Below are positions 1 to 10,741 of a stretch of DNA of 64,000 nt, piece after piece. The stretch comes from Opitutales bacterium (GTDB taxonomy: Bacteria > Verrucomicrobiota > Verrucomicrobiia > Opitutales > PNEW01): NCBI GenBank assembly GCA_965197745.1, contig CBDANS010000007.1:864001-928000 (forward strand). The letters run 5' to 3'. Under the pieces are notes generated by a model. That model was not told where the DNA came from and made no database searches. It saw only the letters and a list, made by a program, of their open reading frames with translations. Position 1 is the stretch's first letter, and the number at the start of each line of letters is the position of its first letter. A program made the translations under genes and the position numbers.

Positions 1-157
1 AGTGAAAGTCACGGGATTAATCCTAATATGCCCGTAGTCAATTAATCTGACTTCCAGTGATCGGCTCATCAATGACGGCCCGCTTACTTACACCCCTGAA
101 CAATTCAGAGATTCAGCGGGATCGTCATTGGGTGCTGCATTTTATACCCTGGAGCTA

Positions 158-973
158 TTATTTATTCTTTACTTCGGCCAGGTGTAATACACTCACGTAG
201 GGATAAGACAGTTTTCCCCCGATGCTATCGATTAAATCACCAACGCGTAAAAAGAGTTCCTCTCTCTTGGTTGATTCCATTGTTCGGTGGTCTGAATAAG
301 TGTTCAACAGTTTTAAATAGTCTTCGCGTTGATACTCGCTGATCCAGTTGTAACAATGCGATTGTATATTTTTAAATTTTCCAGAAACCTTGATCTCATT
401 TTCTGTTTTTTCTATTCCCTCTTTCATTTTATCATCCGGCGACTTGATTTCGGCTTGTTCATCCAGGTAGAAGGGCAGTTCTTTTAAAAAATAATCCCGG
501 TATATAGTGTCCAGTTGTGTCCAGATTTCGCGGTCCATATTATAGGGTTTATTCCAGAACAATGCTATGAAACCCTTAGGTTTTAGTACTTCCGCTGGTT
601 TGTGATATTTTATACCAGGATCTATCCAGTGAAAGGATTGTGCTGCGGTGACCAGTCCAAATTGTTCACCCCGGGTCTCCCAGTCTTCGAATTTCGATAG
701 CTCAATAACGACCTTAGGGTTGTGATGAAACTTTTTCTCGGCAATGGCCGCCATCGCTTTCCCCGGTTCAATAGCGAGCACGGAATGCCCGCGACGGGCA
801 AACATTTCCGTGGCTTTGCCCGTTCCGGCACCTATTTCAAGGATACGATCACTACTCTTGAATCCACTCAATTCCAGAATATCATCGATCAGAGGTTCAG
901 GATATGAAGGTCGCGCCTCCTCATACATGGATGCCGCGGAGTCAAATGATACTCTTCTCTTTTCGTTGATCAT
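158..973 (-). CDS. Class I SAM-dependent methyltransferase
   Basis: ILEIGAGTG SAM motif, RPSYP, AQSFHW. Start moved to ATG 973 (MINEKRR) because the track's 1060 start overlaps the upstream gene by 50 nt. Confidence 0.9.
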   Translation of the reverse strand: MINEKRRVSFDSAASMYEEARPSYPEPLIDDILELSGFKSSDRILEIGAGTGKATEMFARRGHSVLAIEPGKAMAAIAEKKFHHNPKVVIELSKFEDWETRGEQFGLVTAAQSFHWIDPGIKYHKPAEVLKPKGFIALFWNKPYNMDREIWTQLDTIYRDYFLKELPFYLDEQAEIKSPDDKMKEGIEKTENEIKVSGKFKNIQSHCYNWISEYQREDYLKLLNTYSDHRTMESTKREELFLRVGDLIDSIGGKLSYPYVSVLHLAEVKNK

Positions 974-1010
974 CTCTATGTGAATTGTTGAAAACTTACG
1001 GTGATGTCTG

Positions 1011-1607
1011 CTACGGCGATGAAGCGGAATTGGAGTTAGCAGCGTTCTTGTCTTTGGCATTAAGTATTTCTCTGTATTGATCGAATGCTTTGGGATAACG
1101 GTTCGAATGAAATAACTCTTTCAATTTTAAAGCATTTTCTTCGGGAGAATTGATTTCAGTATTAATTTCGAAGTCATAATCACAAAAGCCGTGGACGATT
1201 TCATACTGCCATTTAGCAAATCCAATTTTACGGTCGCCTCTTTCTTTTTCTCTTCTTTCAAGCTCCATTAGAGAACAATCTACCTTAACAAAAAATACTT
1301 TATAACCTTCAAGATTCTCGACAATTTCGTCCATCCAATCTTTTCTTTCAATAACATGGTCAATAATCATCGGAAATCCGCAGGTACCAATTAAAGGAAG
1401 AGAATGATGAAATGCACTCAGGAGTGGTAAAAGTATCCGAGGTCTTAATTCATCATTTTTCAGGTCTCGTTCATTTACCATAAAAATATATTGATCATTA
1501 GAAACGTAAAGGACCGGATCGTCCATTTCCTTTTGGAAGGCTTTAGCAACGGTAGTTTTTCCCGAGCTTGAAGTTCCGTTTAAAAATATAACGGTTCCTT
1601 TTTCCAT
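1011..1607 (-). CDS. Chloramphenicol phosphotransferase-like P-loop kinase (CPT family)
   Basis: N-terminal LNGTSSSGKTT P-loop; ELERREKERGDR and YDFEINT motifs typical of the CPT family. Confidence 0.8.
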   Translation of the reverse strand: MEKGTVIFLNGTSSSGKTTVAKAFQKEMDDPVLYVSNDQYIFMVNERDLKNDELRPRILLPLLSAFHHSLPLIGTCGFPMIIDHVIERKDWMDEIVENLEGYKVFFVKVDCSLMELERREKERGDRKIGFAKWQYEIVHGFCDYDFEINTEINSPEENALKLKELFHSNRYPKAFDQYREILNAKDKNAANSNSASSP

Positions 1608-1721
1608 CTATACTTATCAACTAAAAGACTGAAATTACGGGAGTGGATCCAGCTCAATGCTATGCGGGCTGTTATTTTTCTGTTGATCCCAACCCACTCG
1701 TAAAATGGTTGGGTCTTCTCA

Positions 1722-2504
1722 TTAGTTTAACTTCATTGTATGGATTACTATCTCTCTGCTCTGTATCAGGGCCTTGAGAGGATCTGCCAGTGCAGCATTC
1801 AGTTCCAGGCTGACGGCTCCCGCATAATCAATCTCTTTCAGCGCTGAAAACATTCGGCGTAGCGTATCTTCAGTCAGCACGCCGTCAGTCAGTGACCAGT
1901 GCAGATCGTTATTGCCGTCATTGTCATCCAAATGTACATAACCAAGTCGGGCTCCAGCATTGGCAATGACATCCGCGGGGTCTTCATCAGTCATCTGAGC
2001 ATGTCCTATGTCGAGGAGGAGGTAGAGATTGGGATGATCAATAGCTTTAATAAAATCGAGCGTCTTTGAAGCAGTAGGGAGTGAACAGCCGGGAAAGTGT
2101 TCTATACAGAGCTTTAGCCCAAGCGATGATGCCTGATCAGCAGCCTTGCAAAGAGAGCGGGTGTAGCGATCAAGGGCCTCTCGACTTCCATCACCCCCGG
2201 GGACGACATAAGCCGTTTCGGCACCAAGATTTACACCGTAATCCAGGACTTCTGAAGTATAAGATAAGGCCTGTTCAACACTATCTGCATTCTCGCTATC
2301 CAGCGATATTCCTTCCGGCATTCCAAAAGAGGCTGCGAGGCAAGAGACCCGTAAATCAAGCTTTTCGAATTGGATGCGCCCATTTTCAAGATTGAGGGTA
2401 AATGGGCGCAGGTCGATATTCTTAAAACCGGCCTCGGCGATTTGAGTCAGGTTTTCGTCATCGGGCCCTGTCAGGGCCCATACACAGCAGGACAGTCGCA
2501 TCAT
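1722..2504 (-). CDS. Sugar phosphate isomerase/epimerase (xylose isomerase-like TIM barrel)
   Basis: CIEH, LDIGH, YVHLDDND and SLEL metal-binding motifs. Confidence 0.85.
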   Translation of the reverse strand: MMRLSCCVWALTGPDDENLTQIAEAGFKNIDLRPFTLNLENGRIQFEKLDLRVSCLAASFGMPEGISLDSENADSVEQALSYTSEVLDYGVNLGAETAYVVPGGDGSREALDRYTRSLCKAADQASSLGLKLCIEHFPGCSLPTASKTLDFIKAIDHPNLYLLLDIGHAQMTDEDPADVIANAGARLGYVHLDDNDGNNDLHWSLTDGVLTEDTLRRMFSALKEIDYAGAVSLELNAALADPLKALIQSREIVIHTMKLN

Positions 2505-2725
2505 GGTTAAATAGCTTATTAGTTGGAAGTGAAGTACTTAGTAATGTTACAATAAAGGGTGAGGCATCGGACAACGGCAATACTAATAAGGAGAAAATGA
2601 ATTTCAGCAAAATAGGGAGATCAACACATATGATCGCTTCTCTCTGTCAGCAGCCATTCAATACTTTTTAAACTTTCATTGTTCCTGCTTTTCCTCATTT
2701 TTATATATCTCAGGCGATTTTATTA

Positions 2726-5086
2726 ATGGCCCAGGACATCGACATTATCCAGAAAATTTTTGAGCACCGTCTTCAACAAGCGGATTTGGATGGTATTCTT
2801 GATGTTCTCTCCTCTACGGCGAGGGAAGAGCTGATCAATAAAATTGGCGATCTGTTAAAAAGGATTTCCGCACTGGTGGAAGTATCCAATAAGGTTTCCG
2901 ATACGCTCTCTCTCGATGTCTTGCTCCCGCGGTTAATGGAGATCGTTACCGAGTCGCTCAATGCTGACCGCAGTACTCTCTTTCTTTACGACCCGGAGAC
3001 CAATGATCTTTTTTCGCGTGTTGCTCTTGGTGAGTCTATGAGCGAGATCCGATTTCCCAGCCATCTAGGTATCGCCGGTTCTGTTTATACCAGTGGTGAA
3101 TCAGTGATCATTCCCGACGCCTATGCCGATTCACGGTTTAACCCTGATATTGATAAAAAGACAGGATACCGGACTCGCAATATTCTTTGCATTCCTGTTC
3201 TCAATAAACAACACAAAGCCATTGGCGTCACCCAAGTCTTAAACAAGGAGTCGGGCGACTTCGATCAGGAAGACATGACCTTACTGGCGGCATTAACCTC
3301 TCAGGCGGCCTCTGCCCTTGAGAATGCGCGCCTCTTCGAGACGGTGGAACGACAACGACGTGAAGAGGCCCAGTTGTTGGAAATTACCAGCGCCATATCA
3401 TCTGATTTGAAGTTAGACACTTTGCTGGCTAAAGTTATCGATGTTGCCACGGACATGCTGGAAGCCGAACGCAGCACCCTTTTTATGTATGATAAGAAAA
3501 CGGATGAATTGTGGTCCCGGATTGCTCAAGGACTGGAGCTTAAAGAAATCCGGTTTCCGTCGACGGCGGGTATTGCCGGCGCCAGCTTCACTTCAGGTGA
3601 TATCATCAATATTCCCGATGCCTACGATGACCCGAGATTCAATCCGGAGGTAGACAGGAAGACAGGTTACCGAACGCGCAATATTCTTTGTATGCCGATC
3701 CTTAATAAAGAAGGTCAGAGTTTGGGAGTGATGCAAGTGTTAAACAAGAAGGGAGGTCCATTCAATGTTATTGACGAGAACAGGTTGCGCGCTTTTTCCT
3801 CCCAGGCCGCTATCGCCCTCGAAAATGCGCAATTGTTCGAGGATGTCTTAAACGAGAAAAATTATAATGAAAGCATCCTGCGAAGTTTGAGCAATGGTGT
3901 CATTACTTTCAATGCCGAGAAAAAACTTATAAAAGTTAATGACGCAGCGCTGACTATTTTAAAATGGGAAATAGATGAAGTATTAGGTCAGCCTATTGAA
4001 GATTTGTTCGGCAATAAGGAAAACAGATGGATCCTCGAAAGCCTCGATAAAGTAGCTGAAAGCAATGAGGTCGATATTTCAATGGATTCTGATATCAGTC
4101 TCGAAAATAAAGAGTCAGTCTCATCGAACGTGTCATTAGTCCCTCTCATCGATGTCAACGATGAAGCGATTGGCTATATGTTGATTATTGAAGACATTAC
4201 CAGTGAAAAGCGGGTAAAAAGTACGATGGCACGCTATATGACTAAGGAAGTCGCTGATAAACTTCTGGAAGGTGGTGAAGACTCCCTCGGCGGGAATACG
4301 CAAATTGCAATGGTGCTTTTTTCTGACATCCGAAGTTTCACGACCATCTCTGAAGAGATTGGCGCCCGGGAGACGGTTACGATGCTCAATGATTATTTTA
4401 CCGATATGATTGATGTCATCTTTCAGCATGGTGGTATCCTCGACAAATATATTGGTGATGCGATTATGGCCTTATTTGGAGCGCCATTCCCAAGCCCCGA
4501 TGATCCTGAAAATGCGGTCATCGTCGCAAACGAGATGATCAGTGTTCTCCAGAATCTCAACAATGAACGTAAGCTCGAAGGTAAACTGGATATAAAAATC
4601 GGTATTGGATTAAGCACGGGTGAATTAATTGCGGGTAATATCGGATCACCCAAGCGCATGGATTACACGGCCATTGGTGATACTGTTAATCTGGCTTCAC
4701 GCCTCGAAGGGGCTACGAAATATTATAACGTGCGTATTTTATTAAGCGAATATACAGCGAAAGAATTAAAAAACGGAATTTTGTTCCGCGAAATTGATCT
4801 TATTCGGGTTAAAGGGAAAACTAAACCCGTAGCCATATTTGAGGGATTAGGCTATCACACCCCGGAGTCATTTCCCAATATGTCTAAAGCTCTGGCCGTT
4901 TTCGATAAGGGAATTAAACATTACCGTCGTCGGAATTGGAAGAGAGCGATCGAGGCCTTTCAGGAAGTCTTAAATCTTCACCATAGTGATGGTCCGTCCA
5001 AGCTTTATATAAATCGCTGCCAGCATTATCTTACAGAACCGCCACCTGAAGATTGGAGGGGAGTCTGGACGATGAAAGATAAATAA
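2726..5086 (+). CDS. Class III adenylate cyclase, GAF-GAF-PAS-cyclase-TPR (CyaB1-like architecture)
   Basis: Two internally repeated GAF domains (DRxTGYRTRNILC, LNK..F..ED/DE), a PAS region, and cyclase motifs LFSDIRSFT, DKYIGDAIMA, YTAIGDTVNLASRLEG. Confidence 0.92.
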   Translation: MAQDIDIIQKIFEHRLQQADLDGILDVLSSTAREELINKIGDLLKRISALVEVSNKVSDTLSLDVLLPRLMEIVTESLNADRSTLFLYDPETNDLFSRVALGESMSEIRFPSHLGIAGSVYTSGESVIIPDAYADSRFNPDIDKKTGYRTRNILCIPVLNKQHKAIGVTQVLNKESGDFDQEDMTLLAALTSQAASALENARLFETVERQRREEAQLLEITSAISSDLKLDTLLAKVIDVATDMLEAERSTLFMYDKKTDELWSRIAQGLELKEIRFPSTAGIAGASFTSGDIINIPDAYDDPRFNPEVDRKTGYRTRNILCMPILNKEGQSLGVMQVLNKKGGPFNVIDENRLRAFSSQAAIALENAQLFEDVLNEKNYNESILRSLSNGVITFNAEKKLIKVNDAALTILKWEIDEVLGQPIEDLFGNKENRWILESLDKVAESNEVDISMDSDISLENKESVSSNVSLVPLIDVNDEAIGYMLIIEDITSEKRVKSTMARYMTKEVADKLLEGGEDSLGGNTQIAMVLFSDIRSFTTISEEIGARETVTMLNDYFTDMIDVIFQHGGILDKYIGDAIMALFGAPFPSPDDPENAVIVANEMISVLQNLNNERKLEGKLDIKIGIGLSTGELIAGNIGSPKRMDYTAIGDTVNLASRLEGATKYYNVRILLSEYTAKELKNGILFREIDLIRVKGKTKPVAIFEGLGYHTPESFPNMSKALAVFDKGIKHYRRRNWKRAIEAFQEVLNLHHSDGPSKLYINRCQHYLTEPPPEDWRGVWTMKDK

Positions 5087-5098
5087 TACCTGCTTGTA

Positions 5099-5557
5099 TT
5101 ACGACACTGGCAATTGATTCTCTCCTTGAGAATCAGTGGTTTTAAGAGAAAGTAATGTCTCTAAAACGGTCGGACTGTAATAGACTTCGCCGGATAAAAC
5201 GGTTTCAATAGCGGACCGTAATAGGTCAAGGGTTCCCGGCTTCTCCATGATTCCTTCTGCTTTGCCGTGATAAGCGTGTTTTATGGTATTTAGATTAAGG
5301 ATACCTGAATAGATCAAGATCTTGGTTTGTGGACTTCTCTTTTTAAGGATATGCAATATTTCTAAACCGTTTACACCGGGCAATCGAATATCAACAATCG
5401 CAAGATCAGGTTTTAATGAGATGCATTCCTTTATCGCTATCTCTCCGTCTCCTTCACAACTGACTATCTTAAAGTCGTCAAAGCATTCATTTATAACTGC
5501 GGCAATCGTGTCGCAAGATAATTTATCATCTTCAATTATGTAGATGCGCTTATTCAT
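5099..5557 (-). CDS. Stand-alone response regulator receiver (NarL-type REC, no DNA-binding domain)
   Basis: IYIIEDD, PDLAIVDIRLPGVNGLE, conserved K; ends shortly after GEVYYSP. Confidence 0.88.
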   Translation of the reverse strand: MNKRIYIIEDDKLSCDTIAAVINECFDDFKIVSCEGDGEIAIKECISLKPDLAIVDIRLPGVNGLEILHILKKRSPQTKILIYSGILNLNTIKHAYHGKAEGIMEKPGTLDLLRSAIETVLSGEVYYSPTVLETLLSLKTTDSQGENQLPVS

Positions 5558-5840
5558 TTCCCGGAAATGAGCAAAACTTAATCATTGTAAGGCTATAGAG
5601 ACTTATAACGTCGTATTAAAATCATTGGTAACGAGACAGATTGACTGATCGCAAAGAGCTTGATGAGCCATTTGAATCAATTTAACTCAAGTAACGCTTA
5701 TTATTCTTAAGAAGAATTAATCAATAGCTTAAGTATAAATGCGTATGTAGCAAGTGTATACTAAAGCTATACAAGAATGTATTGATACTATAATTTCAAA
5801 GTGATGAAAAATCCTTATTGCTGTAAATGATTAACCGATA

Positions 5841-7808
5841 TTACTCCTGGTCGCGAAATGGTTGGAGGAACGCATCTATCTTATGATAAAGTTCAAATTT
5901 ATTGTCGGGTTTCCGAAACCCGTGCCCTTCATCTTTTTTGACAAGCCATTCATGCGCTTTTTTCTGTTTTACTAAATTGGAGCGCAGTCTCTTTGCCTGG
6001 TCGACAGGAACACGGGGGTCTTGCGAACCATGAACGATAAGTACTGGGGCCTGAATACGGTCTAGAAAGTTAATCGGCGAATAGGCATGAAGCATTTCCT
6101 TGTCTTCTTTTGGATCTCCGATCGTTCTTGTATAGAAAGAATAAGCTACTTTCTGTTTCCATTTCTTGCGCCAATTTATGAGACTGATTAAATCTATAGG
6201 CCCGAAAGCGGTAATTCCAAATTGATACTTATCGGGATAAAAAACCAATTGTGCCATTGTCGCATAACCGCCATAGCTTGATCCATAAATGCCAATACGA
6301 TTCTGGTCGACGAATCCCTGTTCCACAACCCAGTTAATACCGTCGATTATATCCGTTTGCATCGTCGTCCCCCAATTTTTATCACCGGCGTGAAAGAACT
6401 TGCGGCCGTAACTATATGAGGACCTGAAGTTAATTTGTAGAATAGCAAAGCCGCGGTTGGCGAGGAACTGGATTACAGGATTATACCCCCAGGAATCTCT
6501 CACCCAGGGCCCTCCATGGGGATGGACAATCATAGGTAAATTCCTCGGTTCTCTATTGTTTGGTAAGGTCAGGTATCCGTGTATGATCAATCCATCACGA
6601 GCGGCAAAAATAATGGGCTTCACTTCACTTAAGCGTTCTGGGTTTATGACACCATTATTGGCGAGAATCTCAAATTCCAAACGATCATCTTCAATACTGA
6701 GAAGTGAATATATTACGGGATGTCGGTCATTGTAACTGGCGGTGATAATGCGCGTCTGGTCCTCGCTGGCATTGACAATAAGGTTGATAAATCCCGGAAA
6801 CTTTGCCTCTAGAAATTGCTGGATCATTTTTTTCTCTTCGTGAAACCAGAATACCTGGGGCTTATCTGTTTCATAATACACCCCCACGGGTTTTTTGAGA
6901 AAATCCGATAAAATTAATAGGGTAACATCATTGGTTGGGCATGCGAAGAGCATCCTCTCGAGTTTAAGTGTTCTTAAATCATAGGTGTAGAGGGCCGCCA
7001 CTTCACGTCCAATATCACTTGAGACATAGAGAGTATGGTCGTCATAACCGAATGGTTGCTGCTGTGGTCTCAGGCTGGTAAATCGTTCGCGGATGTTTGG
7101 TTCAATCGGAGCCCATCCTTCTTCCTTAAATGAAAATTGGGCGATAGTATCCCAATTAGAATTTACATCATTTCGGTAGTAGTAGGTGGTACTTCCATCA
7201 ATTGCTTCAGCTTTGGCCAGGCGAATCCTCCCTTTTTGATCCGTGTACCATTGGGTGAAGGTCCCTGGATTCAAAGCAGCAAGAACGCGTCCTCCATTCT
7301 TGATGTTCAGGCGGTAGACATCCGGGTAATCGACATTATTTTTATTGTTAACAACAAGAATTTCGTTAGGTGAATCTGGAAGAAGGTCTAACGGCCAGGT
7401 ATAGCGAAAGACCAGACTTGCTGTTGAACGCAGAGGGGGCACAAGGACTTTGTAATTAGCCCCATCCCGGTCAATGGCGAAAAGACCCCATAACTCATTG
7501 CCATTAAAATCCATGGAAAATACCAGTCTGTCGCTATTTGCCCAAAAATAATCTTTAATAGTCTGCTCCTTAAGAGCAGTGATTCTGGTAGGTGTGCGGG
7601 TTTCAAAATCGATGACATAGAGATTCATAGACCCTTTCCATTCAGCTAAGGCAGACAAGTGCTTGCCATTTGGTGAGACACGGAACTTGGCAAACCCCGC
7701 GCTCTTGAAAAAAGATTCAACGGAGATATCTTGAGCGCGAAGAGATGTTCCGAGGAAACCAAAGGTTATGCAGAATACAATCAGGATCCAACGTTGGGAA
7801 ATCATCAA
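5841..7808 (-). CDS. Secreted S9 family (prolyl oligopeptidase/dipeptidyl aminopeptidase-like) peptidase
   Basis: Signal peptide; HGGPW, GSSYGGY nucleophile elbow, DPRVP, EGHGF catalytic triad. Confidence 0.92.
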   Translation of the reverse strand: MMISQRWILIVFCITFGFLGTSLRAQDISVESFFKSAGFAKFRVSPNGKHLSALAEWKGSMNLYVIDFETRTPTRITALKEQTIKDYFWANSDRLVFSMDFNGNELWGLFAIDRDGANYKVLVPPLRSTASLVFRYTWPLDLLPDSPNEILVVNNKNNVDYPDVYRLNIKNGGRVLAALNPGTFTQWYTDQKGRIRLAKAEAIDGSTTYYYRNDVNSNWDTIAQFSFKEEGWAPIEPNIRERFTSLRPQQQPFGYDDHTLYVSSDIGREVAALYTYDLRTLKLERMLFACPTNDVTLLILSDFLKKPVGVYYETDKPQVFWFHEEKKMIQQFLEAKFPGFINLIVNASEDQTRIITASYNDRHPVIYSLLSIEDDRLEFEILANNGVINPERLSEVKPIIFAARDGLIIHGYLTLPNNREPRNLPMIVHPHGGPWVRDSWGYNPVIQFLANRGFAILQINFRSSYSYGRKFFHAGDKNWGTTMQTDIIDGINWVVEQGFVDQNRIGIYGSSYGGYATMAQLVFYPDKYQFGITAFGPIDLISLINWRKKWKQKVAYSFYTRTIGDPKEDKEMLHAYSPINFLDRIQAPVLIVHGSQDPRVPVDQAKRLRSNLVKQKKAHEWLVKKDEGHGFRKPDNKFELYHKIDAFLQPFRDQE

Positions 7809-7820
7809 GTGAAATTAGCT

Positions 7821-10550
7821 TCAGAAATTTTTCTTTATCGATAGCGAGACAATGCGACCATAAGGATTATGAGCGCCATTGCGACTATCGTAACCGTCTG
7901 AACGAGATACATCGGGGGGTGGATCCCGGTCAAATAAATTACGAATCCCCAGGGTAATATCAGTATTCCATAATCCGGAATAGGTAAGACTCAAGTCAAA
8001 GGTGGTAAAGCTGCCTACGCTAGGAATTGTAGCGTACTCGGTCTGGTATCCCGAGGAATAGTTGGCTGAGAAAAATGCAGTGAGATTGCGATTGCTGCTG
8101 GCCCATTGCAAAGAGTTACGCGTTTGGTACTTGGGGATTCTAAAAAAGCCGACGAGATTGAATCCCCCATTGATGAACTGGTCAACGTATACGGTGTAAC
8201 TGCGCAACCAGAAATCTCCCTGCGCCTGGGTGCGGAAACGGTAATAAACTTCGAAGTCAATTCCCTCCAGGTCCACTCCCTCAAAATTTCGATATCTGTT
8301 TATGATGTAATCGATATGACCCGGTACCGTAAAACCTCTATAAAAGGTGTTGGGTTTTCGGAAAATACCTGTCGCCTCTCCTCGCGTCTCTGGGTCCATC
8401 AAGAGGAAAGCGAGGGCGTCCTCATTATAGAGATCTATTTCACTGCGAAGTAAACCGAGAACAGACCGTGTGCTGATAACATCTTTGATTTCTAATCGCC
8501 ACAAATTTAATCCCAGGTTAAAATCTTCAATAGATTTCGGATTATAGACGACACCGATGTTAAGATATTGCGATGATTCAGGATCGAGTAGTGGATTGCC
8601 GCTCGTTCGCACATCGCGCGATCTGAAATCATCAAAAGGGTAGGGCCTGTTTTGTTCTGCATCAAAAGTTAGGCTGTAGCGGAGTAGGTCTCGTTCCTGG
8701 ATGAACCCGCGCGTAGTACCGCCAAAAGCTTGCTCCAGAGAGGGAGCTTGAAAACCTTCTGAGTAAGACGCGCGTAAAAGTAAGCCGGGTTTAATTTTTA
8801 TGTTTAATCCAATCTTCGGATTTGTCGAATCACCAAAGTCACTGTATTCCTCTCGGCGCACAGCAACATGGCTTTCCATCCAGGAGGTTATGGGAATTAC
8901 CAGCTCACCGTAAAAAGCATTTATATTCCTGTCTCCCCTCGCAGAGGTGCCGCCAGAACCAAATAGAAGGAAGTTTTCCGCAAGTTCCGATTGGTTTCTG
9001 ACCATGGACTCTTCGCGGTACTCGCCGCCGATGTAACCCTCAACTGTACCGGCCTTTAAATCAAAAAGTTTATGACTGATCCCCGCACTGAATTGATTAA
9101 ATTCTCTATGCCCAAAACGGATGTCATCGGTGGTAATACTTTCGTAGTGAGAGGTATTATTGTTTTCGTCTGGACCTGAAGCGAAAGGATTGAGCGCCTC
9201 AGTTCCCGGTAAGTTAAGAGCGTCTTGAAATAAATCGACGCGTATCAGGTTGGCGTTCAGGTTTGTTACTTCACTCTGCGTTTCCAGATACGCAACTTCC
9301 CATTGTGTATTTGCGCCTGCTTTTCCGTTAAGGCCAGCGACGACACGAGTGGAATCAGAGTCGATTCTGAAAAAACGAGGTCCTGGATCCGTAGGGCGTA
9401 GCAACACGTCACTCAAATCTATTCCTCCCTCTATTATATTTCTCGTTGGATTATACACATTGCTGGCGGGAATCGTGAATGGCCGGTCGAGTGCGGAAGG
9501 GGCAAATTGAGATTCTGATTTATTCGATTGGTAACTGATCTCGGTAAAAAATTCGAGTGAATCGGTCAGGCTATAATTGCCGATCATTGTAACTCCGTAG
9601 CGCTCAGCAGCGCTAATCGCGGTTTTAAATTCATTATAATTAAAGCGTTCGTAAATCAGGGAAGTTTCAGGTGAACCGTCTCCGATAAAGAAAAAAGCGT
9701 CGGTCCCCGACGTAAATGAAAAGATCCCCGGATAGGAAGCCCAATCGCGAAAGTCAAAACCGCCCTGGTCTGAATGGTCGGCACTGGACGAGTAAGATCG
9801 GTTACTCAGTCTGATAGAATTACGGTGTAAGAAATTGGCAAATACCGCGAAGTTAGACTTTGTTGAATTACGACCCCAGGCAATATCTGCTTTTGTGGTG
9901 GAAAAGTCATCATCGCGCGTAGTGTTGCCGTAAAAAGTGCGTACTTCAGCACCCTCAAAATCTTTGCGCAAAATAAAATTAATCACGCCGGCATGCGCAT
10001 CAGAACCATATATGGCTGAACCGCCTTCTTTTAGGATTTCAATTTTTTCCAACGCTTCCACAGGGATGGCATTTAAATCTACAAAATTAGTCCCGTTAGC
10101 AGTGGAAAAGGCGTAAGGTGCTAACCGCCGTCCATTAAGCAATACGAGAGTGCCACCCACACCTGTCCCGCGTAAATTAGCTTGAGCACCATCACCGGCA
10201 AAGGAGCCGGATTGATCTGCTTCCGAAGCTCCTGCGGTGATCGGCAGTCGACGTATGAGATCGGAAATTTGCGGTGTTGGGTTAAGATTAAGCTCTTCCT
10301 GGTCAACTTTCAGGAGGGGAGCTACATCTTCGAGATGGATGGTCTTGATTCGCGATCCGGTTATCAGCAAGTCCTCCAATTCAACAATCTGTTCCGTTTC
10401 CTCTTGCTTTGAAATTCGCGGTTTAGGCTCCTGCTTTTGCTCTGGTGGAACTTCCGCATGCTCATCATTCTCTGCGTAAGCGGGAAAACCAGCTGCCAAA
10501 AGGACCAATAAAACAATCAAGGTCTCAACTAATTGGATGAAACGTTGCAT
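7821..10550 (-). CDS. TonB-dependent outer-membrane receptor
   Basis: Signal peptide; ITGSRI; plug motifs NLRG...LVLLNGRR, IEILKEGGSAIYGSDA-GVINFI; RNLFD; terminal Phe. Confidence 0.93.
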   Translation of the reverse strand: MQRFIQLVETLIVLLVLLAAGFPAYAENDEHAEVPPEQKQEPKPRISKQEETEQIVELEDLLITGSRIKTIHLEDVAPLLKVDQEELNLNPTPQISDLIRRLPITAGASEADQSGSFAGDGAQANLRGTGVGGTLVLLNGRRLAPYAFSTANGTNFVDLNAIPVEALEKIEILKEGGSAIYGSDAHAGVINFILRKDFEGAEVRTFYGNTTRDDDFSTTKADIAWGRNSTKSNFAVFANFLHRNSIRLSNRSYSSSADHSDQGGFDFRDWASYPGIFSFTSGTDAFFFIGDGSPETSLIYERFNYNEFKTAISAAERYGVTMIGNYSLTDSLEFFTEISYQSNKSESQFAPSALDRPFTIPASNVYNPTRNIIEGGIDLSDVLLRPTDPGPRFFRIDSDSTRVVAGLNGKAGANTQWEVAYLETQSEVTNLNANLIRVDLFQDALNLPGTEALNPFASGPDENNNTSHYESITTDDIRFGHREFNQFSAGISHKLFDLKAGTVEGYIGGEYREESMVRNQSELAENFLLFGSGGTSARGDRNINAFYGELVIPITSWMESHVAVRREEYSDFGDSTNPKIGLNIKIKPGLLLRASYSEGFQAPSLEQAFGGTTRGFIQERDLLRYSLTFDAEQNRPYPFDDFRSRDVRTSGNPLLDPESSQYLNIGVVYNPKSIEDFNLGLNLWRLEIKDVISTRSVLGLLRSEIDLYNEDALAFLLMDPETRGEATGIFRKPNTFYRGFTVPGHIDYIINRYRNFEGVDLEGIDFEVYYRFRTQAQGDFWLRSYTVYVDQFINGGFNLVGFFRIPKYQTRNSLQWASSNRNLTAFFSANYSSGYQTEYATIPSVGSFTTFDLSLTYSGLWNTDITLGIRNLFDRDPPPDVSRSDGYDSRNGAHNPYGRIVSLSIKKNF

Positions 10551-10741
10551 TTTCAGGGGTAATTAATAATACAAATATAATAGCTAACACTTGTTGAGCA
10601 AACCCATTCTCTTTAAACCTTTATAGTATGGCTCAGAATTATTCAATTTCCGGATAAAAGGGGAGTCGATGAACATTAAGAAGTGACAATATCAAAGACC
10701 TGTTGATATTTTAATATTAGGTAATAGCAGATATCGAAACG

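Noticed and set aside
974..1060. N-terminal extension of the first methyltransferase
   Set aside because: It overlaps the CPT-like gene and precedes the recognisable domain; ATG 973 is more plausible.
1011..1607. Bona fide chloramphenicol resistance gene
   Set aside because: Only family-level motifs are visible; the substrate cannot be inferred.
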